Origin: a virus
Lineage: Duplodnaviria; Caudoviricetes
Strand: one strand, 5' to 3'
IMG/VR virus record: IMGVR_UViG_3300046779_001679
Span: 18,530-82,529 of that record
Length of the DNA: 64,000 nucleotides
The notes below the pieces were generated by a model, which did not search any database, was not told the DNA's origin, and saw only the letters and a program-made list of their open reading frames with translations. Shown piece by piece: positions 7,497 through 16,682 of the stretch. The translations under genes and the position numbers were made by a program. Position 1 is the stretch's first letter; each line of letters opens with the position of its first letter.

Positions 7497-9092
7497 TCAG
7501 AATCCGCTTGAAACAAAAATAGGTAACGGCGCTTCAAATTCGTCGTCTGCATTACCGTCTACACTCATAAGTTCAAAAACTTGTGGGTCCCATTCGGCTA
7601 AAACTACACTCATTCTAACTATTAATAGCAATGCTGCTACTAAGTCATCATGTTGCCCTTCTTTAGCACTAAAAGTAACACCCTTTGCAATAAATGACTT
7701 CAGCTCACTAATAAGTATTTTGCTGTTAATTGTCATTTTATTTTCTTCAATTAAGAACTTTAATCTAGAACAAGCTGAAATTTTAGAACCGTGTGTAGTG
7801 TTAAATCCTTTACGGAATTTGCGAACATGCCCTTTTCTCTGAGGCTCATTAACAAATAGCCCAGGGAATGTTTCTTCACCTAAGTCCGAAATAACTACTA
7901 ACGCAGCTTCACCTACTGTGTTGTTTTCTACACTGTAATAAATGCTATTAGTGTTTTCAGGACCAATTGTTTCCTGTATATATCTTAATACATCTCGGAA
8001 TATTTTAACTTGCCCTTGTACTGGAGTAATGTTGTGCTGCCATTCTGCAACTTGTGTCATACTAGGCAATTCAAATACTTGTATACCTGCAAAGTCACCG
8101 CCTGTACCTAAACTAGGGTCTAATGCTGCTAAGTACAACATACCTGCCTGTGGCTTCTTAAACCACCTAACTTGCCCCATTTTAAAAATAGGCTCACGAC
8201 CAAGTAGCTCTGTTAACTTAATACTATTAACAAGAGTTTCGTCGTAAATTAAGAACTCGCAACCATATTCTCGGCGGAATCGTTCCTCGCCAATACGGCC
8301 CATTTCTTCTTCTTTCCATTTCTCATTACGATCCGGGTGTTCCCACCATTCACTTCTATATCCGTGAAAGCCGTTGCGCCCTGTGTTGTCTGTCTTTGAG
8401 TTACCATAAGAGTCAAACATATCCTGTGACTCTTTCCAAATAGTAGCAAACGTATCTTCGTCTGAGTTTGGTGTAGATGTAATAATCGCCTTACCACCAG
8501 TTGCTAGTGTAGGCGAAATAGAAGTCCAAAATTCTTCAGCTATGTTAGGTTGTACGAACGCAAACTCGTCACAATATAGTAATGATATAGACATACCACG
8601 ACCTGTTGTACCAGTTGTTGTTTGACTTACAATACGCGATCCATTATCAAATTCGATACTACCTTTGTTATAGCTAACAACACCACTTCGTATAAAGTCA
8701 GGACACAGTTCGTATCCATAACGAATACGTTGCATAATTTCTTGAGCACCTGTGTATTTGTGAGCTGCAACTAGAACTGTTTGATCCGGATGGAACATTG
8801 CATACCAAAGCAAGTATCCAGCAGCACATGTAGTTTTACCACTTTGTCGTGGCATCATGTTTACGTTGAAACGAAAATCGTGATAACTGTGCAGCAATCT
8901 TTCTTGATATTCAAACGGCTCAAACTTAACCTTACCACGTGTAGGATGTTGAATATGGAAAAAGTTTTTAACAAAGTGCATGTACCCTTCTACGGGGTCA
9001 GAACACATTAGCAATTGCTGTACTTGATCTTCTGTAAATTTTTCTTTTGTATGCGCCTTTTTGGTTAAGACGCCATCTAATGATTTAGCCAT
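7497..9092 (-). CDS. terL: Terminase large subunit (T4 gp17-like)
   Basis: Walker A MPRQSGKTT, Walker B LLYCDEFAFV, ITSTPN coupling motif, nuclease motifs AALDPS, VENN and HDDLV. Confidence 0.95.
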   Translation of the reverse strand: MAKSLDGVLTKKAHTKEKFTEDQVQQLLMCSDPVEGYMHFVKNFFHIQHPTRGKVKFEPFEYQERLLHSYHDFRFNVNMMPRQSGKTTCAAGYLLWYAMFHPDQTVLVAAHKYTGAQEIMQRIRYGYELCPDFIRSGVVSYNKGSIEFDNGSRIVSQTTTGTTGRGMSISLLYCDEFAFVQPNIAEEFWTSISPTLATGGKAIITSTPNSDEDTFATIWKESQDMFDSYGNSKTDNTGRNGFHGYRSEWWEHPDRNEKWKEEEMGRIGEERFRREYGCEFLIYDETLVNSIKLTELLGREPIFKMGQVRWFKKPQAGMLYLAALDPSLGTGGDFAGIQVFELPSMTQVAEWQHNITPVQGQVKIFRDVLRYIQETIGPENTNSIYYSVENNTVGEAALVVISDLGEETFPGLFVNEPQRKGHVRKFRKGFNTTHGSKISACSRLKFLIEENKMTINSKILISELKSFIAKGVTFSAKEGQHDDLVAALLLIVRMSVVLAEWDPQVFELMSVDGNADDEFEAPLPIFVSSGF

Positions 9093-9096
9093 ACTT

Positions 9097-9102
9097 TATT
9101 TA
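9097..9102 (-). promoter_or_regulatory. Late-promoter box TAAATA (leaderless placement) for the terminase
   Basis: GTAAATA-AAGT-ATG, directly after a terminator. Confidence 0.6.
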
Positions 9103-9105
9103 CAT

Positions 9106-9131
9106 AAAAAAAGGGGCATAAAGCCCCTTTT
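9106..9131. terminator. Bidirectional-type intrinsic terminator
   Basis: AAAAAAA-GGGGC-ATAAA-GCCCC-TTTT. Confidence 0.75.
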
Positions 9132-9147
9132 CGATAACTAGATTATT

Positions 9148-9636
9148 TTATCTAGATTTAACTTCTTCATAAAAACTTGATAGTTTTCTAACTAACGTTT
9201 CTTGCATCGGGTTTCCGCCACCGTTTACTTTCGGACTTTCTGCACCCTTACTTGCTAGATCGTTACCAGTTCTAGTAACGGCATCAACTCCTGCAACAAT
9301 TTCATCGGGCTCAGTTGTTGCATCTTTAAAGCCGCCGTCGGTTAGTTCTTCGTCCATACCAACAATCACGTCTTTTTCGCTATCGCCGCTTTCAATGTTT
9401 CTAAGAACATCAAGCAAATCTTTAATTCCGCCTGCACCGCTACCATTAATGCTAACATTCATAGAAATGTTATCTGATTGCTTGCTGACCATTGGAGACA
9501 TCATTTCTCCGTGCTCTTCACCGACTAGTAAGTCATCAGCGCCAGCCATTCTAGGTGAATCACCGCACTCTTCCATGCCGCTATTAGATGATTCATCTAA
9601 TGTTTTAAGTTTTGTTAAAAGATCTTGAAAGTTCAT
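9148..9636 (-). CDS. Acidic hypothetical protein, possible head-internal/core protein
   Basis: 162 aa, coupled to the upstream gene by an ATGA overlap; N-terminus MNFQDLLTKLKTLDE. Confidence 0.7.
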   Translation of the reverse strand: MNFQDLLTKLKTLDESSNSGMEECGDSPRMAGADDLLVGEEHGEMMSPMVSKQSDNISMNVSINGSGAGGIKDLLDVLRNIESGDSEKDVIVGMDEELTDGGFKDATTEPDEIVAGVDAVTRTGNDLASKGAESPKVNGGGNPMQETLVRKLSSFYEEVKSR

Positions 9637-10244
9637 TTTTGTCCTCCGGCAGTCCTTGTAACTTTTTTACTACCAACAGGACTTGTGTTATTTTGTGTTT
9701 CTTTTACTTTAGCTGATTTTTCACTAGGCACTTTTTTAGCTAAAATCTTTTCGTTAGTACCCTTGTACTGTGTGCCTTGTGTTTTGTTCTTACCTAACTC
9801 TTTTAAAAGAGCCATCTTTTGCTTTTCGCCAACTAGGTCTTGATTAGAATCCTTATCGTATCCTTTTTCTAACAATGCGCCTTCTGGCTTAGTGTCATTT
9901 GCATGATTTAACAGGACTTCTGCTTCTTCTGCAGGATTACGTACAATAACGCATGATTCTGATTTCTGTAATTTAGTAGCTACCGCAGCACGCACTTGCT
10001 GACTGTTTGTAGGGTAATTTAAGCAAACTTCAAATGTTGTAACTTTGACGTTCTTTTCTTCTGGAAAGTCAAAATGTGTTTCTTGAATTGGCATACTTGT
10101 GCCACTTGAGCAACTTGCACAGTCGTAAACGCTTAGTGCTTCTTTAATCTTGTCGTTGCAACCTTCTGGGCAATCATGTGCGATCTTAATTTTAAAATCG
10201 TATGTTTTCTTGCTTTCTGTTAGATATTCTTTAAATGATTTCAT
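9633..10244 (-). CDS. Hypothetical protein with a T4-type capsid-targeting-like N-terminus
   Basis: Begins MKSFKEYLTE; AGGA SD and TAAATA box (10263-10268) upstream. Confidence 0.75.
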   Translation of the reverse strand: MKSFKEYLTESKKTYDFKIKIAHDCPEGCNDKIKEALSVYDCASCSSGTSMPIQETHFDFPEEKNVKVTTFEVCLNYPTNSQQVRAAVATKLQKSESCVIVRNPAEEAEVLLNHANDTKPEGALLEKGYDKDSNQDLVGEKQKMALLKELGKNKTQGTQYKGTNEKILAKKVPSEKSAKVKETQNNTSPVGSKKVTRTAGGQK

Positions 10245-10261
10245 AGTAAAGTCCTGATATA

Positions 10262-10750
10262 TTATTTATTCATGTTTTTAAGTTTTTCGATCAGGCTGTT
10301 ACGATCTGCAATAATAACACCGTCGCCGTTAAGGTTAATTCCGTTGTCCTCGGAACTAGCAGAGTCTTGATCGAGCTTTTGTTTTTTAAGCTGTAGCTCG
10401 ATCATTTTAAGTTTTTTATCAATTTTTGCAGCTTTGGCATCAATAGCATTTTTAAGCATAGAACCTGCAACTTCAAAAATTCGAGCACTGTAACGAGCTT
10501 CTACGTTCATGCCTAAGTCAATTAAATCGTCATAAGCATCTGTTGCACGTTGAGCTAGTGCATCAAACTCAGAATCGCTTGCATCGCCTAGGCCTTTTAC
10601 AGCAGGAAGTGCAGCACTAATTTTATCAAACTCAGAAATGTCTCTTAAAAATGGCTGTGCCATTTCTGTTTTCTTAGTTTGCTTTTCATCGGCCTTAATA
10701 ACTTGCTTACTTTCGGGCAGATTTAATAGTTCTTCTAGTTTTTTTGTCAT
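10262..10750 (-). CDS. terS: Terminase small subunit (T4 gp16-like)
   Basis: Helical core ARIFEVAGSMLKNAIDA..KIDKK resembles the gp16 PRAYEV..QL..helix pattern; lies between gp4 and terL; TAAGTA box 5 nt before the ATG. Confidence 0.6.
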   Translation of the reverse strand: MTKKLEELLNLPESKQVIKADEKQTKKTEMAQPFLRDISEFDKISAALPAVKGLGDASDSEFDALAQRATDAYDDLIDLGMNVEARYSARIFEVAGSMLKNAIDAKAAKIDKKLKMIELQLKKQKLDQDSASSEDNGINLNGDGVIIADRNSLIEKLKNMNK

Positions 10751-10758
10751 AACTTTAC

Positions 10759-11196
10759 TTATGCCATTCCGCCGGTATGGAAAATATCATTTTGATTTAA
10801 CACACGGAACTTAATGCCTTGCTGCTTACACCAAACAGTAGCAGCGGCCCATTTAGCTTGATTTTTAACGTATTGTGCTTGATTGTATTTGTTCTTGCCT
10901 ACACGCTCTAACAGTTGCTGACTAGCTGGTTTAATTTCTATTAATTCAACGTGCATTTTGCCCATTTTATCAACATACTGAATAAAGAAGTCTGGCACAT
11001 ACACTGTGTTTCGGCCAGTTAAGGGATCTTTATAAGGTATTTGTATAGCTTCGCTGGCCCACTTTTGAATGCCGTCGTTAGTGTCGCAAAAGTTCATAAA
11101 GTGCCATTCCCAACTACTGCGGTATATAGGCTGCTTAGTCCCCACGTATTTGTCGGGACGCTTCATAGTAAATTTACCTTTTGCAAACTTAACCAT
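10759..11196 (-). CDS. gp4: Head completion nuclease (T4 gp4-like, TnsA/PD-(D/E)xK fold)
   Basis: YRSSWE..FM.FCD.N..I.KWASE...IPY...YVPDFFI...IEIKP. Confidence 0.9.
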   Translation of the reverse strand: MVKFAKGKFTMKRPDKYVGTKQPIYRSSWEWHFMNFCDTNDGIQKWASEAIQIPYKDPLTGRNTVYVPDFFIQYVDKMGKMHVELIEIKPASQQLLERVGKNKYNQAQYVKNQAKWAAATVWCKQQGIKFRVLNQNDIFHTGGMA

Positions 11197-11552
11197 TATA
11201 CTAAGATATTTCTAGACTCGTAAGTATCTACTAAAGGGGCAATTCTATACCCTAGCAAACTTACTTTTTCTCTATATGCATTTAGAATTTGTGCCACTAC
11301 CTGGCTCAATTGCACATCGGTAAGTGTTTTTAACGTATCAATTAACTCAAATACATTAACGTTATCTGCACGAGCTTGATTGAGCAATACAATGCCAGTA
11401 CTACGTGCGCTTTCAATATCGAATCCATTCTTTAAAAAGAATCCAACTACAGCATCAATTTGGTTTGCTGGAAAACTAATCTTTTGATCATAATATTTGT
11501 CAAAAAATTGTTTAACGTCTCCACTTGTATTTTGTGAAGGTAAATTAGACAT
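11196..11552 (-). CDS. Hypothetical protein
   Basis: 118-aa ORF with an AGGA SD, TAATG-coupled to gp4. Confidence 0.7.
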   Translation of the reverse strand: MSNLPSQNTSGDVKQFFDKYYDQKISFPANQIDAVVGFFLKNGFDIESARSTGIVLLNQARADNVNVFELIDTLKTLTDVQLSQVVAQILNAYREKVSLLGYRIAPLVDTYESRNILV

Positions 11553-11553
11553 A

Positions 11554-12564
11554 TTATGTTCCTGTGATAATATTAATTGGTTTTGCTACAACTGTATCGT
11601 TATTATTATTTGTTGATACTGGGAATGACACTCCTTGCAATCCGCTTACACCTTGTCGAGCAGTTGCAGAAGTATTTGTTATGATTCCAGATTGTAAATT
11701 TGCGTTTAATCGTTGAGTATTTTGATACCCATTAATTGTATTAGCAATGTTATTTAAAAACTCGTTAGCATTAGTTGTTAAATTTTTATTCGACGTTAAC
11801 GACGGATTAATTGCGCCTGGGTCAGAAAGTCCTTGCAAAGGACTAGGAGTTTGATCATAATGCTCTGAACCAAACCCTTCAACAGAATCAGCAGTAATGT
11901 CGCCACGGTCATACGACACTGCTTCAAAAGCAATTTGTGCAGTGTTGTCATGCGGGGTTCCGCCTTGCGAGTAATCTAACTTGTTATGATTCCACTGTGT
12001 TATAATTGGGTTATGTAATGTATAGCTTACATACTCGTGCCTAGCCATTTGATAGATGCGTATGTAGTTAAAAAATGGAGCAGTGCTGTTATTGTCTAAA
12101 CCAAATGTGTTGTAAATGTAATCAAAGTTTTTAGTTGCAGTTCTATCATAGGCTCCTGCATCTTTAGAGCTAGTAGCATCAGCAAAGTAGTAACTATAGT
12201 AGTTTTCCCATAACTGATTAATTAACCCCATATTATCATCATGAAATGTAATATTAATCGGGTTATACTTTAATGAGGTTTGGATGTTTTTCTTTCGGTT
12301 ATACTGATTAAGAGTTTCAGTGTTAACAGATATATTAGGCAAGTCGCAACTCTTAACTAACATATTAATTTCATTTTTATATCGCTGTGCTAAGTCTGTT
12401 GTTATCAATGCTGCTTGATTGATGTTAAACGCAACGTGAAATAGAAACTTTTGTTTAGGGGCAAGCCTAAACTGATCGTCTACAAATAGACGTGCGGCGT
12501 GCTGTTGATCCCTTAAGGTAACATTGCCAGTTAGATTTAAGAATTGACTAGGTATGAATGCCAT
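11554..12564 (-). CDS. Tail-tube-fold protein (gp19 paralog; gp48/gp54-like tube initiator candidate)
   Basis: KSCDLP...Y.PINITFHDD...LW..YY...I..LHNP.I..W....LDYS.....T..I.FE follows the tube-fold pattern; adjacent to gp19. Confidence 0.55.
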   Translation of the reverse strand: MAFIPSQFLNLTGNVTLRDQQHAARLFVDDQFRLAPKQKFLFHVAFNINQAALITTDLAQRYKNEINMLVKSCDLPNISVNTETLNQYNRKKNIQTSLKYNPINITFHDDNMGLINQLWENYYSYYFADATSSKDAGAYDRTATKNFDYIYNTFGLDNNSTAPFFNYIRIYQMARHEYVSYTLHNPIITQWNHNKLDYSQGGTPHDNTAQIAFEAVSYDRGDITADSVEGFGSEHYDQTPSPLQGLSDPGAINPSLTSNKNLTTNANEFLNNIANTINGYQNTQRLNANLQSGIITNTSATARQGVSGLQGVSFPVSTNNNNDTVVAKPINIITGT

Positions 12565-12569
12565 AATAA

Positions 12570-12579
12570 TATTTATTTA
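12570..12579 (-). promoter_or_regulatory. Tandem late-promoter boxes TAAATAAATA (leaderless placement)
   Basis: The proximal box ends 5 nt before the ATG at 12564; no SD. Confidence 0.6.
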
Positions 12580-12610
12580 ATTATTAACTACGCATATAAT
12601 GTGTTGTCGT

Positions 12611-12632
12611 AAAAAAGCCCACCGAAGTGGGC
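12611..12632 (-). terminator. UUCG-tetraloop intrinsic terminator after the tail tube gene
   Basis: GCCCAC-TTCG-GTGGGC-TTTTTT, the classic T4-type terminator. Confidence 0.9.
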
Positions 12633-12639
12633 TAATTTA

Positions 12640-13266
12640 TTAAACTCTAGAACCTGCGCCAGTAACTGCTGTACCTTTAGCCCAAGCTGTAGGCGCATTA
12701 GCACCACCGCTAGTCTGAATACAGTTGTCAGGCTGGATTGTCAAGTCAATTGTCATTGCTTCCTGACCTGAGTAAGCCAATGCTTGATAGTTAGCTTGTG
12801 TTACATAGCAGCCATAACATTCCCATGTTTCTAAAACTACAGGAGTGTTAGCACCGTTACCACCGTCTAACATTTCAATACGCATTGTAAATTTATAGTC
12901 GCCGCCTGCTGCTGCACTCGACTGCTCGAAGAAGTCGAATTGCTTTTGCATCTGTTCGCCAATTAGCTTAGATACTGAACCAGTAACATCGTCACGTAGC
13001 TTAACTGTAAATGTCTGCCATGTAGGCTTGCCTGCATAGTGAATTGTCGAGTTGTAAACTTCGATCTTCTGATCAGCGAACTGTACGTTTGGACGAGCAG
13101 CTTCTGCAACTTGCTTTGTAAGTTCTGTTGTTGGTGTTGATACACCAAAGTTTTCAAACATCACACGGAAGCGATATTTGAGCTTTGGCATCAACATACC
13201 TTGTGCGCTAGCGGATTGATCGCTAGCTAAAGGTACTGTAAATTTGCTTAAACTTGAAATTGCCAT
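12640..13266 (-). CDS. gp19: Tail tube protein (T4 gp19-like)
   Basis: Directly downstream of the sheath gene; PKLKYRFRV, AGKPTWQ.FTV.LRDD, WECYGCY, TIQPDN. Confidence 0.85.
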   Translation of the reverse strand: MAISSLSKFTVPLASDQSASAQGMLMPKLKYRFRVMFENFGVSTPTTELTKQVAEAARPNVQFADQKIEVYNSTIHYAGKPTWQTFTVKLRDDVTGSVSKLIGEQMQKQFDFFEQSSAAAGGDYKFTMRIEMLDGGNGANTPVVLETWECYGCYVTQANYQALAYSGQEAMTIDLTIQPDNCIQTSGGANAPTAWAKGTAVTGAGSRV

Positions 13267-13283
13267 TTGTTATGCTCCGTTAA

Positions 13284-16200
13284 TTAACCTAGTGCCTTAA
13301 TTTCACCAGTGTTCTTTAGGCGTAGTGGAATGTAAATAAATTCAACTGCCTTAACTGGTTCAATCGCAACGTCTAGGTATAGTTCACTACGATCGATTCT
13401 TGACGGTGTGTTATTTGACGTATCGCAAACTACGATATAATCATATAGAGCACGCTGTCCTACTAACTCTAACAATAGGCTTTCTGCTGCACCTTTGATT
13501 TCATCACGTGTAATCTTATCGTTTGGTTCAAACACATATGGCTTAGCCAATTGTGAGAACTGACGACGTAAGTAAATTACTAAACGTGCAACGTTAATGC
13601 GATCTAACGCACTTGCGTTCTTAGCACGAGTGTACTGACCGTAGTTAACTAAACCTGTACCTGTGATAAATGTTAGCGGGTTAACTTTAATAGCTGCTAA
13701 TGTATCACGTTGTCCTGTGTTCAATGCAACAGATTGGAATTCGCCGCTATCTGGGTCAACATAACCAACTGCTGTTGCGTTTGTAATACCGCCACGACGT
13801 GTACCTGCTGGTGCAAACCATGGGTAACTAACTTGGTCGTTTAATGCAATAGTACGTAACATCATGTGGCTTGGAGGAACAACAACGTTATTACCGATGT
13901 TATCGCTTGTGTAACCCCATGGATAGAACACACCTAAGTATTCGTCAAAACTTACTAAGCCTTGATCGTTGTCTTCTAATGCGCCTGCGGTATTGTAACC
14001 CCAGTTGCTTAGTGTTGTTGCATCTGCTTTTAATCTTGCTGGACAGTCGCCAACTACAAATGCAGTAATGCCGCGATCATAGTTTAAGCTAACCATTTCG
14101 CCAATAAGCTCTGGATAACCAGGAGTTGCAATTAGGTTGAAAATACGTGATTCTTCATCACGGATTTGTTGGTTGCTATTAACAAGTGCTTGCAGAGCTT
14201 GTACAACAACTTTACGTTGTGCTTTGCGACCAAATGTACCTGCACCATTTTCTTGGTTAGCAGCTTCGCTTACCCAACGATCTGGGTTGTATTCGAAGCC
14301 AGTTGTATCCATTGGCTCATCACCAAAACGTGTGTTTCTTAAACTAATGTCGATGTAATTCTTTACAAAACGCTTAACGTTAAATCCGCTACGACGTAAG
14401 TTCCATAGCAACATACCCTTTGGATATAGTGCTGGATCTGGAGCATCTGGATCTAGGAAATCGCTTGCTAGCAAATCAGCAATTGAAGCTGCATCTGCGT
14501 CACGGCCGTTTGTTGACCAACGTGCATCAGCAAACAAGATACCGTCTTCTGTAGTTTGGTCTGAAGAATCAACTAATACCCACTTCTTAGTCAAGTAATT
14601 GAACTTACGAATAGTTGGATAATTTTCTAAATCGCTTGTGTCGATCCATAAATCACCGTTTGCTAGGTCAGTACCGTCACTTTGTGTTGTTGGCTGACTT
14701 GCGCTTACAATTGGACCAGCTGGATCAGTAGATGTTCCGCCTGCTTGGTTTTGTACGTAATTTGCATAACCTACCCAACCAGAACCGTCATGTACCATAA
14801 TGTCAACTTCGTCAACAATGCTGTTATACCATAGTTGTCCGTCTGCTGGAGTAGTTGTAGGAGCGTCTGCACTTGCTGGAGCAAATGCTGAACCTGCTAC
14901 TTCTGAAGTCCATAGTGTAGCAACATAGTGATCAGCTGTACCGGTTGGAGCATTGTAGAAATTAGATGTTACACCAGTTGAGAAAATCTTAGCTAGTGGA
15001 CGACCTGCTGCAATTCCGCCAAGATCTAAGTCAACTAAATGAATGTCACCACCTAGTGCATGGCTAATAACAATCTCGTTGCTAGCTGTCTTGCTAGCTA
15101 CAATGTTACTTCCTGATAATGCACCAGTTAATGCTGTTAGTAATGTGTCAGCATCGCCTGCGGTTGCACTTCCTGTAAACACGATTTCGATCGGTGTTGA
15201 TGGAATTGCTGAACCTGCTACAGTTTCACTAATTGTAAACTTATATGTTGCTGCTGGGAATTGTGAACCAATTACAGCTGACTTGATTGATGTTGCGCCT
15301 ACGCCATTACGTGCATAGATCTTAAAGTTAGCAAGAGTTGGGTTTGCTTCGTCATCGTTGTACTTAACATACAATTGACCCAATGCTAAGTTAATACCGC
15401 CGCCTAATGGATCTAAACCAGCTAATGCTGCTGCGTTATTAGAATACAACGGAGCAGGAACTTCAGTCCATGCAAGTGTTGCATCGCTGTACTTTTTAAC
15501 AATCCAATCTGCACCTAAGTTAGGTGTAGTTGTTTTAACCCATACTGCACCTGTTGCAACACCGTTTGCTGTTCCCATATTATCAGAACGCTTATATGTT
15601 GGAACAACTGTGTGCTTTGAAATTTGTAATGCAGGTGCTTTGTAAGTAGTTGCTGTTAAACCAACTAATGTAGCTAATGTACCAGACACTGCAACGTCGA
15701 CGCCTGTCGAGTATAGTTCTAACTTACCATTTGGCTTACCAGCAGTAATGCCTGGAATGTTTAAAGAATTAATGTCTGCAATAAGACCGTCTAAGTCTGT
15801 GCTGCCAGCACCTGCTGGAGTTGTGTTAATAATAAGAGTATTACCAGATACCCAGGTTGGGTTCGATACTGTACCTTGTGCAGTTGGCCAGCTAGATGCC
15901 CAATCACCGGATCCAACTTCAACCCATGTTCCGCCAGCTGTGTTTGTTTTTGCTTTCTTATACCAAATCTTATTTAGGTTAGTTGTAGCAACAACTGCGT
16001 AATCGCCAATAGCACCGATACTAGCTAAAGGAGCTCCGCCGCCATCAACTTTAGTAGAGTCTGTAATAACTGTTGGAACTTTGTTAGTAAATGTCTGGCC
16101 GCCAGTTACTGTTGCAGCAGCCGAGTTCCATTCAAAGATACCAAACTTAGTGTTTGATGTGTCAAACCAGTAAGTGCCATTTGCTGGTGCGCCTGCTGGA

Positions 16201-16577
16201 GCAGTTGCTGTAGCGTTTAATTGGGCTAAGTCAATATCAGCACGTACTACATATGCACGATTGCTTACACCTAAGAAACTATAAGCAGCCTGGAGACCAT
16301 ATTCGTTTTGTTCTCCTGCATGAATCGGATTATTGTTAGCATCAGTTTTGAAAACTGGTGTGCCAAACGTATCCGACAAATCTTTTTGGCTTGTTAGCAA
16401 GTATACAGTACCGGCATTAGCTTTTAATGTGCCTGGTGCTGTGCCTGTGCCTGCGCCGTTTTGTTTACCTTCTTCTGAGGTAACGATAATTAAAGGGACT
16501 GTACCCGGAGCAGCAGGGGTATAGAAACTTTCGTCTATAACACTAACGCTTACGCCTGGTGAACTTAATTGAGCCAT
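13284..16577 (-). CDS. gp18: Tail sheath protein (T4 gp18-like) with a large internal insertion, 1097 aa
   Basis: SPGVSVSVID, FGTPVF, WFAPAGTRRG, NPLTF, RINVARL..YL, FEPND..TR, DVAIEPVKAVEFIYI. Confidence 0.95.
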   Translation of the reverse strand: MAQLSSPGVSVSVIDESFYTPAAPGTVPLIIVTSEEGKQNGAGTGTAPGTLKANAGTVYLLTSQKDLSDTFGTPVFKTDANNNPIHAGEQNEYGLQAAYSFLGVSNRAYVVRADIDLAQLNATATAPAGAPANGTYWFDTSNTKFGIFEWNSAAATVTGGQTFTNKVPTVITDSTKVDGGGAPLASIGAIGDYAVVATTNLNKIWYKKAKTNTAGGTWVEVGSGDWASSWPTAQGTVSNPTWVSGNTLIINTTPAGAGSTDLDGLIADINSLNIPGITAGKPNGKLELYSTGVDVAVSGTLATLVGLTATTYKAPALQISKHTVVPTYKRSDNMGTANGVATGAVWVKTTTPNLGADWIVKKYSDATLAWTEVPAPLYSNNAAALAGLDPLGGGINLALGQLYVKYNDDEANPTLANFKIYARNGVGATSIKSAVIGSQFPAATYKFTISETVAGSAIPSTPIEIVFTGSATAGDADTLLTALTGALSGSNIVASKTASNEIVISHALGGDIHLVDLDLGGIAAGRPLAKIFSTGVTSNFYNAPTGTADHYVATLWTSEVAGSAFAPASADAPTTTPADGQLWYNSIVDEVDIMVHDGSGWVGYANYVQNQAGGTSTDPAGPIVSASQPTTQSDGTDLANGDLWIDTSDLENYPTIRKFNYLTKKWVLVDSSDQTTEDGILFADARWSTNGRDADAASIADLLASDFLDPDAPDPALYPKGMLLWNLRRSGFNVKRFVKNYIDISLRNTRFGDEPMDTTGFEYNPDRWVSEAANQENGAGTFGRKAQRKVVVQALQALVNSNQQIRDEESRIFNLIATPGYPELIGEMVSLNYDRGITAFVVGDCPARLKADATTLSNWGYNTAGALEDNDQGLVSFDEYLGVFYPWGYTSDNIGNNVVVPPSHMMLRTIALNDQVSYPWFAPAGTRRGGITNATAVGYVDPDSGEFQSVALNTGQRDTLAAIKVNPLTFITGTGLVNYGQYTRAKNASALDRINVARLVIYLRRQFSQLAKPYVFEPNDKITRDEIKGAAESLLLELVGQRALYDYIVVCDTSNNTPSRIDRSELYLDVAIEPVKAVEFIYIPLRLKNTGEIKALG

Positions 16578-16610
16578 TTGTTGATCTCCAATGAATACTA
16601 ATTCTAATTG

Positions 16611-16616
16611 TATTTA
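16611..16616 (-). promoter_or_regulatory. Late-promoter box TAAATA for the sheath-tube operon
   Basis: CTAAATA about 35 nt upstream of the gp18 ATG, with a GGAGA SD between them. Confidence 0.6.
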
Positions 16617-16672
16617 GTGGATTTTGGCTTTTTGCCCTAGATATAGTACCTGAAAAAGGGGCAGAAAAGGCT

Positions 16673-16678
16673 TAAATA
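16673..16678 (+). promoter_or_regulatory. Late-promoter box TAAATA (leaderless placement) for the HNH gene
   Basis: TAAATA-AAAT-ATG at 16683. Confidence 0.55.
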
Positions 16679-16682
16679 AAAT

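Noticed and set aside
1957-9092. Inteins or group I introns in uvsX, gp32 or the terminase
   Set aside because: Protein lengths and motif spacing are normal; no intein splice motifs or reading-frame interruptions.
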